From: Nannocystis sp. ILAH1
GTDB lineage: Bacteria; Myxococcota_A; Polyangia; Nannocystales; Nannocystaceae
DNA: 64,000 nucleotides
Direction of reading: 5' to 3'
Assembly: GCF_026626585.1 (NCBI RefSeq)
Contig: NZ_JAPNKD010000018.1
Location: forward strand, 75,718-139,717
The position numbers were made by a program, and so were the translations under genes. The notes under the pieces were generated by a model. It searched no databases and was not told the DNA's origin. It saw only the letters and a list, made by a program, of their open reading frames with translations. Position 1 is the first letter of the stretch; every line of letters starts with the position of its first letter. Below, piece after piece: positions 50,770 through 62,678 of the stretch.

Positions 50770-51213
50770 TCAGTCGAGCGGCCGCGTCATGAGCACCCGC
50801 GGCGGGGCGGTGAAGCCGGAGCGGCGGTAGAGCTCGATGGCGGGCGTGTTGTCGGTGCGGACCATCAGGTGGACCGCGCGGGCCCCGTGGGCGCGGGCGG
50901 AGGCGAGGGCGGCGTCGAGGAACAGGCGGCCGCGACCGGCGCCGCGGACCTCGGCCCGCAGATACAGCTCGGTGAGGAAAGCGTCGCGACCGCCCCACTC
51001 GAGGTCGAAGCCCCAGGTGAGCACGAAGTAGCCGAGCGGCGCGTCGCCGTCGAGGCCGAGGACCACGGTGCCGAGACCGGGCGAGCCGATCAGGGTCCGC
51101 AGCGGCGCCTCGCCGGGTCCGCGGCGCCACGGGATGTGCTCCAGGCGGTTGAAGTCCTCCATCATGTCGAGGATCGCGGGGACATCGGAGCTGGTGGCCG
51201 GGCGAAAGTGCAT
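50770..51213 (-). CDS. GNAT-family N-acetyltransferase
   Basis: 147 aa. [33 protein letters not shown] acetyl-CoA binding block. Confidence 0.75.
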   Translation of the reverse strand: MHFRPATSSDVPAILDMMEDFNRLEHIPWRRGPGEAPLRTLIGSPGLGTVVLGLDGDAPLGYFVLTWGFDLEWGGRDAFLTELYLRAEVRGAGRGRLFLDAALASARAHGARAVHLMVRTDNTPAIELYRRSGFTAPPRVLMTRPLD

Positions 51214-51305
51214 CGTGCCGGCACTATAGGGCCCACCGCGGAGCTTGCGCGCCGGCGGCCGGTTTCACGCGTCCGGGGGCCTCCAGGGCCAGCGGGCGCC
51301 GATCC

Positions 51306-53175
<1,870 letters not shown>

Positions 53176-53189
<14 letters not shown>

Positions 53190-55545
53190 GCGCCGGGCCG
53201 CGCTGGCGCTGCTGCTGACGCTCGCCTGCGTCCCGCGCGGGCCGACGACCGCGGAGCCAGGTGCCCCCAAGGACATGTCCTTGGAGACATCCGGTGCGGC
53301 GGCGGTGGCGGCCTGCGACAAGCAGGCGAGCGCGGTCCAGGACGGGCTGGTGCGCCTCGCCGATCGCTACCTCTGGGAAGAGATCGAGCTGCTGGTCCAG
53401 GCCCACGCGGCGACCCGCGGCCGGCCCGACGCGACCCGCTGCGCCGAGGCGACCCGCGCAGCGCTGACGACCGTGACGCTGCGCTGGGCCGAGCAGGGGG
53501 CCGAGTCGGGCGGGTCGCAGAGCCACGCGCTGGCCCGCCAGGCCTACGCGGCGCTGCGCAAGCACTTCCCCGCCGAGGCCGAGGCGCCGCTGCTGCACCA
53601 CGCGATGGGCAAGCTCGAGTGGGCCCGCGCCGAGCGGCTGACGCTCGAGATCGGCGAGCGCACCTTGACCGACGAGGCGCTGCGCGAGGCCCACGCCCAC
53701 CACCGCGCCGCCCTGGCCGGCGGCCTGCCGACCGAGCAGGCCGCCCGCTCGGCCCGCGCCCAGCTCGACGCGGTCCGGCGCGTGCGCGAGGGGGAGCCTG
53801 CTCCATGGGTCATGTCTGAACAGACATGTTTGCCGGATCCGCGGGGCCGCTGCACCGACCCCGTCCCGCGCGTCGCCCCCGGCGAGATGACGGCCGGCGA
53901 CCGCGAGTGGCTGGCCGCCTACGACGCCTTCCTCGCCGAGCCCGGGCTGCAGGGCACGCCCGAGGCCGGGCAGGTCGCGGTCGAGCGGGCCGAGCTGCTG
54001 ATGCGATACCGCCGCTGGGACGAGGCCGAGACCAGCCTGAGCGCCGTCAGCGGGCCGGCGCGCGAGCAGGCGCGGGTGCTGCTGGTCGGCCTGCTGCTGG
54101 CGCGCTGGATGGAGGCCGCCAGCGCCGGCGAGCGCTCGGCCGCCCGCGTCGCCCTGGTCACCGTGGCCGTCGAGGTCGAGGCCGCCGGCGGGCCGCAGGT
54201 GGCCCAGGTGGCGGCGCTGCGGCGCGCGGCGCTGTGGGCCCAGGCCGAGGAGTCGGAGGCGGTCGGTGACGACGCCCGCTGCGGCGCGGCCTTCGAGGGG
54301 CTCTACGCCGACCTCGGCGCCGACATCCACGCGGCTGCCGAGGCGGCCGACGGCGCCGGTCGCTGCTACGAGCGCGCCGGCCTGACGCAGAAGGCGATCG
54401 ACTGGCTCGAGCGCATGGCCGACGTCCACCGCGAGGACCCGCGGGCCCCCGACGCGGTGCTGCGGCTGGCCCGCTTGCACGAGCGGATCTTGAACGACGA
54501 GCAGGCCCGCGATCGCTACCTCGATCTGGTGGCCCGCGCCCCGCGGCACCGCGCCGCAGCGACCGCTCGCCGCCGCTCGCTGATCCTGAGCCTGCGCGCC
54601 GGGACATTGCCCGAAGGACAGCTCGACGCGCTGATCCGCGGCCGCCCGGAGGAGCGCACGCTGGCGGCGGCGATCCAGTTCCGCGCGGTGTTCCGCCCCG
54701 GCGTCACGCCCGAGGCGGCCGAGAAGTACATCGAGCGGTTCGGCAAGGAGGGCGGGCCGCGGCGGCTGGCCATCGCCCACGCGCGCGCGGCCGAGGCGTG
54801 GCTGCGGGCGTCCTGCCCGGTCCCCGGGGCCGAGGGCCTGTGCGTCGAATTCGGCCGCGACCGCACGCCGGCGCGGGTGATCGCCCGCCTGCCCAAGCCG
54901 CACGCCAAGGGCCGCGAGCACCTCGACCGCGCGCAGAAGCTGTTGCCCGAGGTCAGCGGCGGCGAGGTCGACAAGCTCGAGGCGCCGATCGCCGTCGACG
55001 CCGAGGAGGCGCGGACCGCCAGCCGCCAGGTCGCGCTGCTGCAGGGCGACCTCGACGCCGAGTCGGCGCTCACCAGCCAGCCGCCGAAGAGCCTCGACCC
55101 GGCCCGCTCGCGCGCGTGGCTCGAGGTCCGCAAGGCCGAGGTCGAGCGCATGAGCGCGGTCTACGAGACCGCGATCGCGGGCGGGGCCGGCGGCCGCGAT
55201 CAGTCGGCGGCGCTGGTCGAGACCCGCAAGGCGCAGGTGTACGAGTCCGACCTGGCGCTGCTCGACGAGGTGGCCGCCGCCGTCGAGGCCGCCGGCGACG
55301 CCGGCCTGGCCCAGCAGATGCGCGAGCTGGCAGCCCAGCGCCGCGAGGCGGTGTTCACGGCCTACGCCCGCTGCCTCGACCACGTGGCCGCGTGGGGCCA
55401 CGACGCCGGAGGCCAGAGCGCCCTGTGCCGTGCAGGCCTCGGCCGCCTGGTCGGTCGCTACGAGGAGCCGCTGGAGTACGCGCCCGACCACGACGGACGG
55501 GTGATCGTCGGCGCGGCTGCGAGAGCGTCGGGCCCACCGCGATGA
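53176..55545 (+). CDS. large Ala-rich, alpha-helical (TPR-like) lipoprotein
   Basis: ATG at 53176 overlaps the kinase 3' end. MARRERRAALALLLTLAC lipobox. 790 aa. Confidence 0.65.
53267..53284. repeat. perfect 18-bp palindrome CCAAGGACATGTCCTTGG inside the lipoprotein ORF (encodes PKDMSL)
   Basis: Direct reading. Confidence 0.7.
53811..53828. repeat. CATGTCTG-AA-CAGACATG palindrome inside the same ORF (encodes VMSEQTC)
   Basis: Direct reading. Confidence 0.6.
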
Positions 55546-55702
55546 GGCGGGGAGCCTCCGAAGGGCGGGCGCGGGCTCGCTGCAGTGAAGCGCGGGGACC
55601 GAGTTTTTAAAGAAGGCGGGCGGTCTCCGCCGGCGCGCGGACAAGGTTGCGAGCTCGCGGTGAGGCGAGGGGGGCCATGGCGACGGGCTCGCCCAGGTCG
55701 AC

Positions 55703-55790
55703 GAGACATGCCTGAAAGACCATGTCGAATCGGGCATGTCGAATCGAGCATGACGATCAAGACATGTCCATCGGGACATGGCCGAGAAGA
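55703..55790. repeat. composite REP-like cluster in a convergent spacer: GACATGCC...GACCATGTC, direct repeat CATGTCGAATCG x2 (55721-55732 and 55735-55746), and CATGTCC-ATCG-GGACATG (55763-55780)
   Basis: Direct reading. Confidence 0.75.
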
Positions 55791-55795
55791 CAGTC

Positions 55796-56908
55796 TCAAT
55801 CGCCGAGCTCGCGCAGCAAGATCCGCGCGCGCAGGCGGCGGCGCTCGTCGGCGCCGAGGTTGTCGACGTAGGCCCGCAGGAGCGCGCGGGCCTCGGCGCG
55901 GGCGGCCGGGTCGGCGGCGTCGGCCAGCAGGATGCCCAGGTTGAAGGTCAGCTCCGGCGGCAGCTTGGCGGGCGTCGTGGTGTCGAGCCCGAGCTCGCCG
56001 AGCGCGCTGCGGTAGGCGGCCTCGGCCGGCTCGCGCTCGCGGCGGCGGGCGTGGCTCACCCCGAGGCCGAGGAACGCCGCGTAGCGCAGTCGCGGCGAGG
56101 GCGCGGCGGAGGCCTGCTGGTACAGCCGCACCGCCTCGTCGAGGTTGCCGGCCGCGAGCTCGGCGGCGGCCCAGGCGAGCGCCGCGGCGTGGTCGTCGGG
56201 CGCCAGCTCGAGCGCGCGGGCGAAGCGGCGCCGACCGTCCACCGGATCGGCCGAGCGAAAGGCGATCCGCCCGCACGCGGCCGCCAGCACCGCCGCGCCC
56301 TCGCGGTCGCGCAGGCGGGCGAGCAGCGGGTCGGCGCGGTCGCGGCAGATCGGCGCGGCCCGTTCGCGCGGGTCGGCGTCGTGCAGCGCGGTGAAGCGCA
56401 GCGCCAGGCTCAGCGCGTAGGGGTCGTCGGCGGTGACGGCCAGCGCGGCCGCGACGTCGCGCGCCAGCGCGGCCGCGTCGAGCGGCCCGTCGCGCTTGCC
56501 GAGGTCCTCGGGCCGTCGCGCCCTGAAGTCGAGGTACGCCGAGACGTCGCGGGTCAGGCGGTAGACGGCGCGCGCGCCGGCCGTCAGCGGCAGCTCGCCC
56601 ACGGCCGCGTCGATGTCGGCGACCCGCCCCGACTCGTGGGCCAGCACCGCCAGCGCGTAGGCCCGCGCGGTCGAGCCCGGATCGCGGCGCAGCAGGGCGA
56701 ACCGGATCGCCAGCGCGCCCGCGTCGTCGCCGCAGCGGAGCAGCACGTCGGCCCGGGTCAGCGCGCGGGAGCTGTCCCCGGGGACAGGCGCCGGGGCGCA
56801 CGGATCGACCTCGACCACAGCCGGCGGCGGGGCCGGCGGCGCCTTGTCCGGCGCCGTCTGACGCGCGCAGGCGAGCAGGAGCGCGCAGAGGAGCAGGGCG
56901 CGGGGCAC
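55796..56908 (-). CDS. TPR-repeat lipoprotein
   Basis: GTG at 56908. MPRALLLCALLLAC lipobox. TPR-like Ala/Leu-rich repeats. Confidence 0.65.
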   Translation of the reverse strand: MPRALLLCALLLACARQTAPDKAPPAPPPAVVEVDPCAPAPVPGDSSRALTRADVLLRCGDDAGALAIRFALLRRDPGSTARAYALAVLAHESGRVADIDAAVGELPLTAGARAVYRLTRDVSAYLDFRARRPEDLGKRDGPLDAAALARDVAAALAVTADDPYALSLALRFTALHDADPRERAAPICRDRADPLLARLRDREGAAVLAAACGRIAFRSADPVDGRRRFARALELAPDDHAAALAWAAAELAAGNLDEAVRLYQQASAAPSPRLRYAAFLGLGVSHARRREREPAEAAYRSALGELGLDTTTPAKLPPELTFNLGILLADAADPAARAEARALLRAYVDNLGADERRRLRARILLRELGD

Positions 56909-57068
56909 GGAGCGGGGAGGATATCAGTGTGGCGCGAAGTTCTCCACGAAGCGGAGGCGTCGAGGCCGGCCGCGGACCACCAGGTCGACGGCGCCGTAGA
57001 ACCATGCTTCGCCGCTCACGAGGCCGCAGCCTGACGACGAGGGGAGCATTGGAGCACCGCCCGGCCTG

Positions 57069-57392
57069 CTACGATCGATCGCGGTCCAGACGGTCCAGGT
57101 CCACGTCCGAGCGTCGTGCCGAGAGGGCATGGCGTTCCCGCCACTCTTGCATGCACCGCCAGCACCCCAGGCGGTCGAGCTCGTGGTGCCGCCGCATCAC
57201 GGTCTCGTCGCGCGCGCCGGTCGCCAGCGCCCGCTCGAACAGGGCCTCGCACTCGCGGCAGATCCACACCCGGAAGAGCAACTCCGCCTCGATCAGGTCG
57301 ATCGGGCGGTCCTCCTCGCGCGCGGCGAAGACGTGAGCGCAGGCGCCGAGCGTCCCGCATTGGCCGTGCCTCTCGCAACGAATCGAGCCCAT
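57069..57392 (-). CDS. small Cys-rich (probable zinc-binding) protein, 107 aa
   Basis: ATG at 57392. Seven Cys in CxxxxxC, CxxC and CxxC arrangement (MGSIRCERHGQCGTLGAC...CREC...CWRC). Confidence 0.5.
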   Translation of the reverse strand: MGSIRCERHGQCGTLGACAHVFAAREEDRPIDLIEAELLFRVWICRECEALFERALATGARDETVMRRHHELDRLGCWRCMQEWRERHALSARRSDVDLDRLDRDRS

Positions 57393-57504
57393 GGCCGCGA
57401 GCTTGCCCCGTCGAGCTCGCCAGGTCCAGCCCCCTCGTGGCGCGAGCGGGAGCCGCAGGACGCCCGCGCCCGCGAAGAGCTCTCGCCGCGACTGCCGGAA
57501 CGAA

Positions 57505-57536
57505 AATGTCCTTTGGGCCATGTCATGACATTGCCA
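57505..57536. repeat. AATGTCC-TTTG-GGCCATGTCATGACATTGCC palindromic element in a divergent promoter region
   Basis: Direct reading. The inner 12 bp ATGTCATGACAT form a perfect palindrome. Confidence 0.65.
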
Positions 57537-57659
57537 TCGATTCGCCGCCTCCCGCGCCGGCGGCCGCCCCGCCGTGAGCAGAGGCCGATCTGCAGTGAAT
57601 GTCGACAGTCTGAATAGGCGGATCCAACGCGCGTCCGTGAGCACCGAGGTTTTTAAAAA

Positions 57660-58157
57660 ATGCACAAGATCATCCTGACCCTGTTGGCGCTCCTCTTCAG
57701 CGTGACCGGTTGCAGCCTCACGCTCTCGTCGCACGGCGGTTGGGGGTCGGACGGCCCCGCGCCGCGGATGGCCAGCCGCGGTTACGGCTGGGGCTCCGCG
57801 GGCGACCCGGGCCTGCACGGCCGCGGCAAGCCGGCCCGTCGTGTCGACGCCAGCGAGCGCCCCGCGACGAAGCCGGCCGGCGCAGTGCCGCAGAAGGCGA
57901 AGCAGCCGGCGATCACGTGGGCGGGCGAGGTGCCGCAGAAGGCGAAGAAGCCGGCGAGCACGTGGGCGGGCGAGGTGCCGAAGAAGGCGAAGCAGCCGGC
58001 GATCACGTGGGCGGGCGAGGTGCCGAAGAAGGCGAAGCAGCCGGCGATCACGTGGGCCGGGAAGGTGCCGCCGAAGCGGGCGAAGCAGCCGAGCAAGCCC
58101 GCCGGCAAGCGGCCGGCGATCACGTGGGCCGGCACGGTCCCGCCGCGCCCGCAATGA
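57660..58157 (+). CDS. lipoprotein with four tandem 14-aa repeats (KAKQPAITWAGEVP)
   Basis: GAGG before the ATG. MHKIILTLLALLFSVTGC lipobox. 42-nt DNA repeats over about 57890-58070. Confidence 0.7.
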   Translation: MHKIILTLLALLFSVTGCSLTLSSHGGWGSDGPAPRMASRGYGWGSAGDPGLHGRGKPARRVDASERPATKPAGAVPQKAKQPAITWAGEVPQKAKKPASTWAGEVPKKAKQPAITWAGEVPKKAKQPAITWAGKVPPKRAKQPSKPAGKRPAITWAGTVPPRPQ

Positions 58158-58202
58158 GGTCGAGCAGGCGCGGCTTTCGAGGCGCACGCCGAACCTGCTC
58201 AC

Positions 58203-58236
58203 ACGGCCATGTCCATGAGGACATGGCCGTTTTTGT
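58203..58236 (+). terminator. rho-independent terminator built from a palindromic family member: ACGGCCATGTCC-ATGA-GGACATGGCCGT (12-bp perfect stem) followed by TTTTTG
   Basis: It starts 46 nt after the stop at 58157. Confidence 0.75.
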
Positions 58237-58274
58237 GCGCTCGCGACGGCGGGCCGCGCCGGCGCCTGGCCAAA

Positions 58275-58288
58275 CGGACATGTCCTCG
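58275..58288. repeat. GGACATGTCC palindrome (58276-58285) in the same convergent spacer
   Basis: Direct reading. Confidence 0.7.
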
Positions 58289-58347
58289 CGGACCGGCGCG
58301 GCCCGGCGCGGCCCGTGCCTCGCGCAGCAGAAGGCGGCCCCGCACAG

Positions 58348-59436
58348 TCAGGGCGTGAAGGTCTCGCAGGCCGCGTCGACGACGGTCGTCAGCGCCTCTG
58401 CGAAGGCGTCGCCGATCGGGTCGGCGCCGCGCTTCTTGCACATCGATCGGTACATGCCGCGCGCGCCGAACGTCCCGGCGACCTCGCGCAGCACCTCGGA
58501 GTCCTTGACCTCGCCGCCGCCGTAGGCGTTGTCGCAGCCGCCCTCGTCGCCGCCGATGCCGAGGAACACCACGCGCTCCGCGTCGCCCTTGGCGGCGACG
58601 ATGGCGTCGTGGATCTCCGCGGCGTCGTCGGGGCCGACCAGCGACTCGTCCTCGTCGGTGATCGCGACCACCAGCAGCACCGAGTCGGCGCGCGAGAACC
58701 CGGCGTTGACCGCGACTCCCGGATCGAGCGCCTTGGCGGCGGTCCAGGCCGGCTGCTCGTCCTCGTCGTCGGCGTCGCTGCAGGTGTCGGGGATCGACGC
58801 GTAGCCGCCGTTGTCGCCGCCCTTGCCCTCCAGCGCCTCGTCCTGGAACGGCAGCTGGACCACGCAGGCGAAGTTCTGCGCGATCGTCGGGTCGTCGGAG
58901 GCCAGCCAGTTGCGGCCGCCGGGGAACTGGCAGTCGGTGTCGCCGGCGCCGTAGTTGTGGAAGTGCGGCGGCTTCGGGCAGGCGTTGATGACTGCGACGT
59001 GGAAGTCGTCGATGCCCTCGCCGACCTCGAGCGCCAGAGTCGCCTGGATCTCCGCGAACGTCGCCGGCAACGAGGCGAGCGCGTCCGCCATGGTCGCCGA
59101 GGCGTCGACGACCAGCAGCACGTCGACCTTGGTACACGCCGCGACGATGTCCGGCAGGTCGGGCCCCGGCGAGGTCGTGGTCGACGAGTCGTCGGCTGCC
59201 GACGAGTCGTCGCCGCTGGTGGTCGTCGGCGCGGTGCCGGTGGTCTCGCCGGCGCTGGCGCTGCCGTCGGTCGGTGGCTGAGTGCTCGGGCCGCCGCTCG
59301 TGGTCGTGGTCGCGCTCGCAGTGGCGCTGGTCAGGCCGCTGGCGAAGCCGCCGGTGTCGGAGTCGTCGCCGCCGGCGCAGGCGGTCAGAAGAATGATATG
59401 TCCGAAGAGACAGGCGAGTCGAGCTGCGCTCCGCAT
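58348..59436 (-). CDS. von Willebrand factor A (vWA) domain lipoprotein
   Basis: MRSAARLACLFGHIILLTAC lipobox. Thr-rich linker. A DASATMAD stretch and an overall vWA-like fold pattern. Confidence 0.65.
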   Translation of the reverse strand: MRSAARLACLFGHIILLTACAGGDDSDTGGFASGLTSATASATTTTSGGPSTQPPTDGSASAGETTGTAPTTTSGDDSSAADDSSTTTSPGPDLPDIVAACTKVDVLLVVDASATMADALASLPATFAEIQATLALEVGEGIDDFHVAVINACPKPPHFHNYGAGDTDCQFPGGRNWLASDDPTIAQNFACVVQLPFQDEALEGKGGDNGGYASIPDTCSDADDEDEQPAWTAAKALDPGVAVNAGFSRADSVLLVVAITDEDESLVGPDDAAEIHDAIVAAKGDAERVVFLGIGGDEGGCDNAYGGGEVKDSEVLREVAGTFGARGMYRSMCKKRGADPIGDAFAEALTTVVDAACETFTP

Positions 59437-59504
59437 GGGGCGCGATGGTGGCGGCGCCGATCCACGCGCGCGTCACGGCCGCGTCGCAGCTCGGCCGCTA
59501 GGCG

Positions 59505-60407
59505 TCACGCATCGATCGGCTGCGGATCCCAGGCCGCCAGGGCCCGGTAGAAGACCTCCGGATCGAGCAGCGGCGGCAGGCCGGCGACCTGGCCGTCGCC
59601 GAGCTCGATCGCGGTCCAACCTCCCGCTGCACGCTCGGCGAGGTCGAGGCTGAAGAAGCGGCTCGGCACGCGGCGCGCGAGGTCGGCGAACTCCGGCGGC
59701 ACAGCCGAGTCGGCGATCTCCCACGCCGGCGCCTCGACGAGCGCGCGCCCATCGGCGATGAAGCGCCGCCATTCGCGGGGCAGGGGCATCCCGCTCCTCG
59801 GGTGGTTCCCGAGCGGCACCAGCGGCTCGTAGGCGCGGAAGATCAGGCCGCCGACGAGGTCGTCGCCCTGGCGCTCGATGAAGTTGCCGACCACGCGACG
59901 GACCTGGGCGATGTCGTCGGCGGCGCGGATGAAGCACGCGTCATTCCACTCGTGCTTGCGCGACTTGACGTAGTCCTTGACGACGAGCGCACGCCCGCCG
60001 AAGCGCGCCAGAGCGGCCGCGATCTGTGTCTCTTGCAGGCCGTCCTCGCGTGGCAGCACGACTGTCTCCGGCGTGTCGTCGCCGAGGTGCGGCAGCGCGG
60101 CGGGCAGCAGGTGGGCGCTGCGATAGGCCGCGGGGTCGTTGACGAGCTGCAGGCCGCGCGCGCCGAGCCCGGCGTGCAGCGCGTCGTAGGCCGCCGGCGG
60201 CAACATCCAGCCGCGGTAGACAGCGACCTCGAGGGCCTCGCTCGCCTGCACCCGGCGCAGCGCAGCGCCGACGTCTCCCGCGACCAGGGCCTCGAAGTCG
60301 ACGCACGACCACGCGATGCCGACCGCGTCGGCGGCCGCGACCTCGGGCGCGAACGCGCGATCGGGGCGGCGCTCGAGCAGCGGGTCGGTGCAGAACAGTA
60401 CGCGCAT
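59505..60407 (-). CDS. ATP-grasp-like domain protein (tentative)
   Basis: 300 aa, ATG at 60407. It lies divergent to vgrG. Confidence 0.5.
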   Translation of the reverse strand: MRVLFCTDPLLERRPDRAFAPEVAAADAVGIAWSCVDFEALVAGDVGAALRRVQASEALEVAVYRGWMLPPAAYDALHAGLGARGLQLVNDPAAYRSAHLLPAALPHLGDDTPETVVLPREDGLQETQIAAALARFGGRALVVKDYVKSRKHEWNDACFIRAADDIAQVRRVVGNFIERQGDDLVGGLIFRAYEPLVPLGNHPRSGMPLPREWRRFIADGRALVEAPAWEIADSAVPPEFADLARRVPSRFFSLDLAERAAGGWTAIELGDGQVAGLPPLLDPEVFYRALAAWDPQPIDA

Positions 60408-60506
60408 GCGGGCATCCTAGCGGGCGTCGGCGCGCGCGGCAGGACCTGCCGTCGCGGGCCTGTGCGCGACATCGGCCGGCAACAGCCAGTACACCGCTCT
60501 GTTACG

Positions 60507-62663
60507 ATGGCGCGTCCGGGGGGTGGAAGGGGTTTGATCGCCAACTTGGTCTCGGCGCTGACGGGCAACGCGGCGCTGTTCACGTTCACCGCCTCCGCCG
60601 GCGATCTCGAAGTGGTCCGCTTCGCTGGCTTCGAGGCGGTCTCGTCGCTGTTCGAGCTGCGCATCGAGCTCGCGGGTCCCGAGATCGACCTCGCGGCGCT
60701 GGTCGACAAGCCGGCGCTGCTGACGATCGGTGGCGTCGAGTCGCCGCGCCAGATCCACGGCCTCGTATGCGGCGCCGAGTACAGCGGCGAGCTGCGCCAG
60801 CACCACATCTACGAGGTGACCTTCGTGCCGCGGGTGTGGCGGCTGACGCGGCGCCAGGACAGCCGGATCTTCCAGCGCAAGACGACGCAGACGATCGTCG
60901 GCGAGGTGCTCGAGAAGGCCGGGATCCCGCGCGACTGGTTCCGCTTCGACCTGTTCTCCTCGTACAACCCGCGCGACTACTGCGTGCAGTACCGCGAGTC
61001 GGACTGGGACTTCGTCAGCCGGCTGCTCGAGGAGGACGGCATCTACTATTACTTCGAGCACAGCGCCGAGAAGCACGTGCTCGTGATGAGCGACAAGCCC
61101 GGCGCGCCGGCGATCGCGGGGCCGCAGGAGGTGTGGTGGGCCCCCCCGCACGGGTTCGTGCGCGGACAGGAGCACATCACCCGCTTCCGCCTGCTCGAGG
61201 GCGTGCGCACCGGCAAGTCCGCGCTGCGCGACCACAACCTTCACAAGCCCGACCAGCAGATGGACGCCAGCGAGTCGGCGCAGCTGGCCACCGACCTCGA
61301 GGTCTACGACTTCCCCGGCGAGTACCAGGTCAGCGGCGGGCGCAGCTCCGACCAGGGCGCCGGCCTGGCGAAGATCCGTCTCGAGGCGATGCAGCACGAC
61401 CGCCGCCGCGGCCTCGGCGAGAGTGATTGCCCGCGGCTCGTGCCCGGCTACTCGTTCACGCAGGCCGGCCACCAGCGCGGCGACCTCGACGGCGATTACA
61501 AGCTGCTGCGCGTCGAGCACAAGGGCGAGCAGTCGCAGGTGCTCGAGCAGGACGCCGGCACCGAGTTCTCCTACAACAACAGCTTCGTGTGCATCGAGGC
61601 CAAGACGCCGTACCGGCCGCCGCGCGTGACCCCGCGGCCCGCGGTGAGAGGCGTGCAGACGGCCACCGTGGTCGGCCCGCCCAACGAGGAGATCTACGTC
61701 GACGAGCACGCGCGGGTGAAGGTGCAGTTCCACTGGGACCGCAGCGACAAGTTCAGCGAGGATTCGTCGTGTTGGGTCCGCGTCAGCCAGCTGTGGGCCG
61801 GCAACTCGTGGGGCGCGATGTTCATCCCGCGGATCGGCCACGAGGTGCTGGTCGACTTCATCGAGGGCGACCCCGACCGCCCGGTGATCGTCGGCCGGAT
61901 CTACCACGGCCTCAACCTGCCGCCGTACCCGCTGCCGGAGCAGAAGACCAAGAGCACCATCAAGTCGGACACCTACCAGGGGGCCGGCTACAACGAGCTG
62001 CGCTTCGAGGACCAGAAGGGGATCGAGCAGATCTTCATGCACGCGCAGCGCAACATGGACATCCGCGTCCTGCACGACCGGATGGAGAGCGTGCTGCACA
62101 ACCGCCACCTGACCGTCGGCAGCAACGACGGCGGGGCCAAGATCGGCGACTACTACGAGAACATCTGGCGCGACCACCACTGGCGCATCGATCGCAACCG
62201 CAACGAGCACGTCGGCGGCGACCTGCGGATCCGTGTCGGCGGCATCGACGGCGTCGGCCACGTCGACACCATCATCGAGGGCAACCGCCGCGAGCTGGTG
62301 ATGCAGAGCCAGAGCCTCGAGATCAAGGCCGACCTCAAGATCAAGATCGGCGGCGGCCACCACGAGCAGGTCTTGGGCGACGTCCACCGCAAGGTCACGG
62401 GCCTGTTGTCGGTCGAGGCGCTCAAGGAGGTCCACTACAAGTCGTCCAAGGTCGTGATCGAGGCGTCGCAGGGGCTGACCGTCCGCGGCCCCGGCGGCTT
62501 CATCACCATTCACGCCGGCGGCATCGACATCGTTGGCACTCTGGTGAAGATCAACAGCGGCGGCTCGGCGCTCACCGGTACGGCCGCCGGCCCGCAGAAC
62601 CCCGACGAGGCCAAGCCCGTCGAGCCCACCAAGCCCGACCCGGCCGACAGCGGCGGCATCTGA
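60507..62663 (+). CDS. vgrG: type VI secretion spike protein VgrG (TssI)
   Basis: 718 aa. The N-terminus (...AALFTFTASAGDLEVVRFAGFEAVSSLFELRIEL) and the gp27/gp5-like core (RVSQLWAGNSWGAMFIPRIGHEVLVDFIEGDPDRPVIVG) are characteristic of VgrG. Confidence 0.9.
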   Translation: MARPGGGRGLIANLVSALTGNAALFTFTASAGDLEVVRFAGFEAVSSLFELRIELAGPEIDLAALVDKPALLTIGGVESPRQIHGLVCGAEYSGELRQHHIYEVTFVPRVWRLTRRQDSRIFQRKTTQTIVGEVLEKAGIPRDWFRFDLFSSYNPRDYCVQYRESDWDFVSRLLEEDGIYYYFEHSAEKHVLVMSDKPGAPAIAGPQEVWWAPPHGFVRGQEHITRFRLLEGVRTGKSALRDHNLHKPDQQMDASESAQLATDLEVYDFPGEYQVSGGRSSDQGAGLAKIRLEAMQHDRRRGLGESDCPRLVPGYSFTQAGHQRGDLDGDYKLLRVEHKGEQSQVLEQDAGTEFSYNNSFVCIEAKTPYRPPRVTPRPAVRGVQTATVVGPPNEEIYVDEHARVKVQFHWDRSDKFSEDSSCWVRVSQLWAGNSWGAMFIPRIGHEVLVDFIEGDPDRPVIVGRIYHGLNLPPYPLPEQKTKSTIKSDTYQGAGYNELRFEDQKGIEQIFMHAQRNMDIRVLHDRMESVLHNRHLTVGSNDGGAKIGDYYENIWRDHHWRIDRNRNEHVGGDLRIRVGGIDGVGHVDTIIEGNRRELVMQSQSLEIKADLKIKIGGGHHEQVLGDVHRKVTGLLSVEALKEVHYKSSKVVIEASQGLTVRGPGGFITIHAGGIDIVGTLVKINSGGSALTGTAAGPQNPDEAKPVEPTKPDPADSGGI

Positions 62664-62678
62664 CCCGAAGGACACGTC

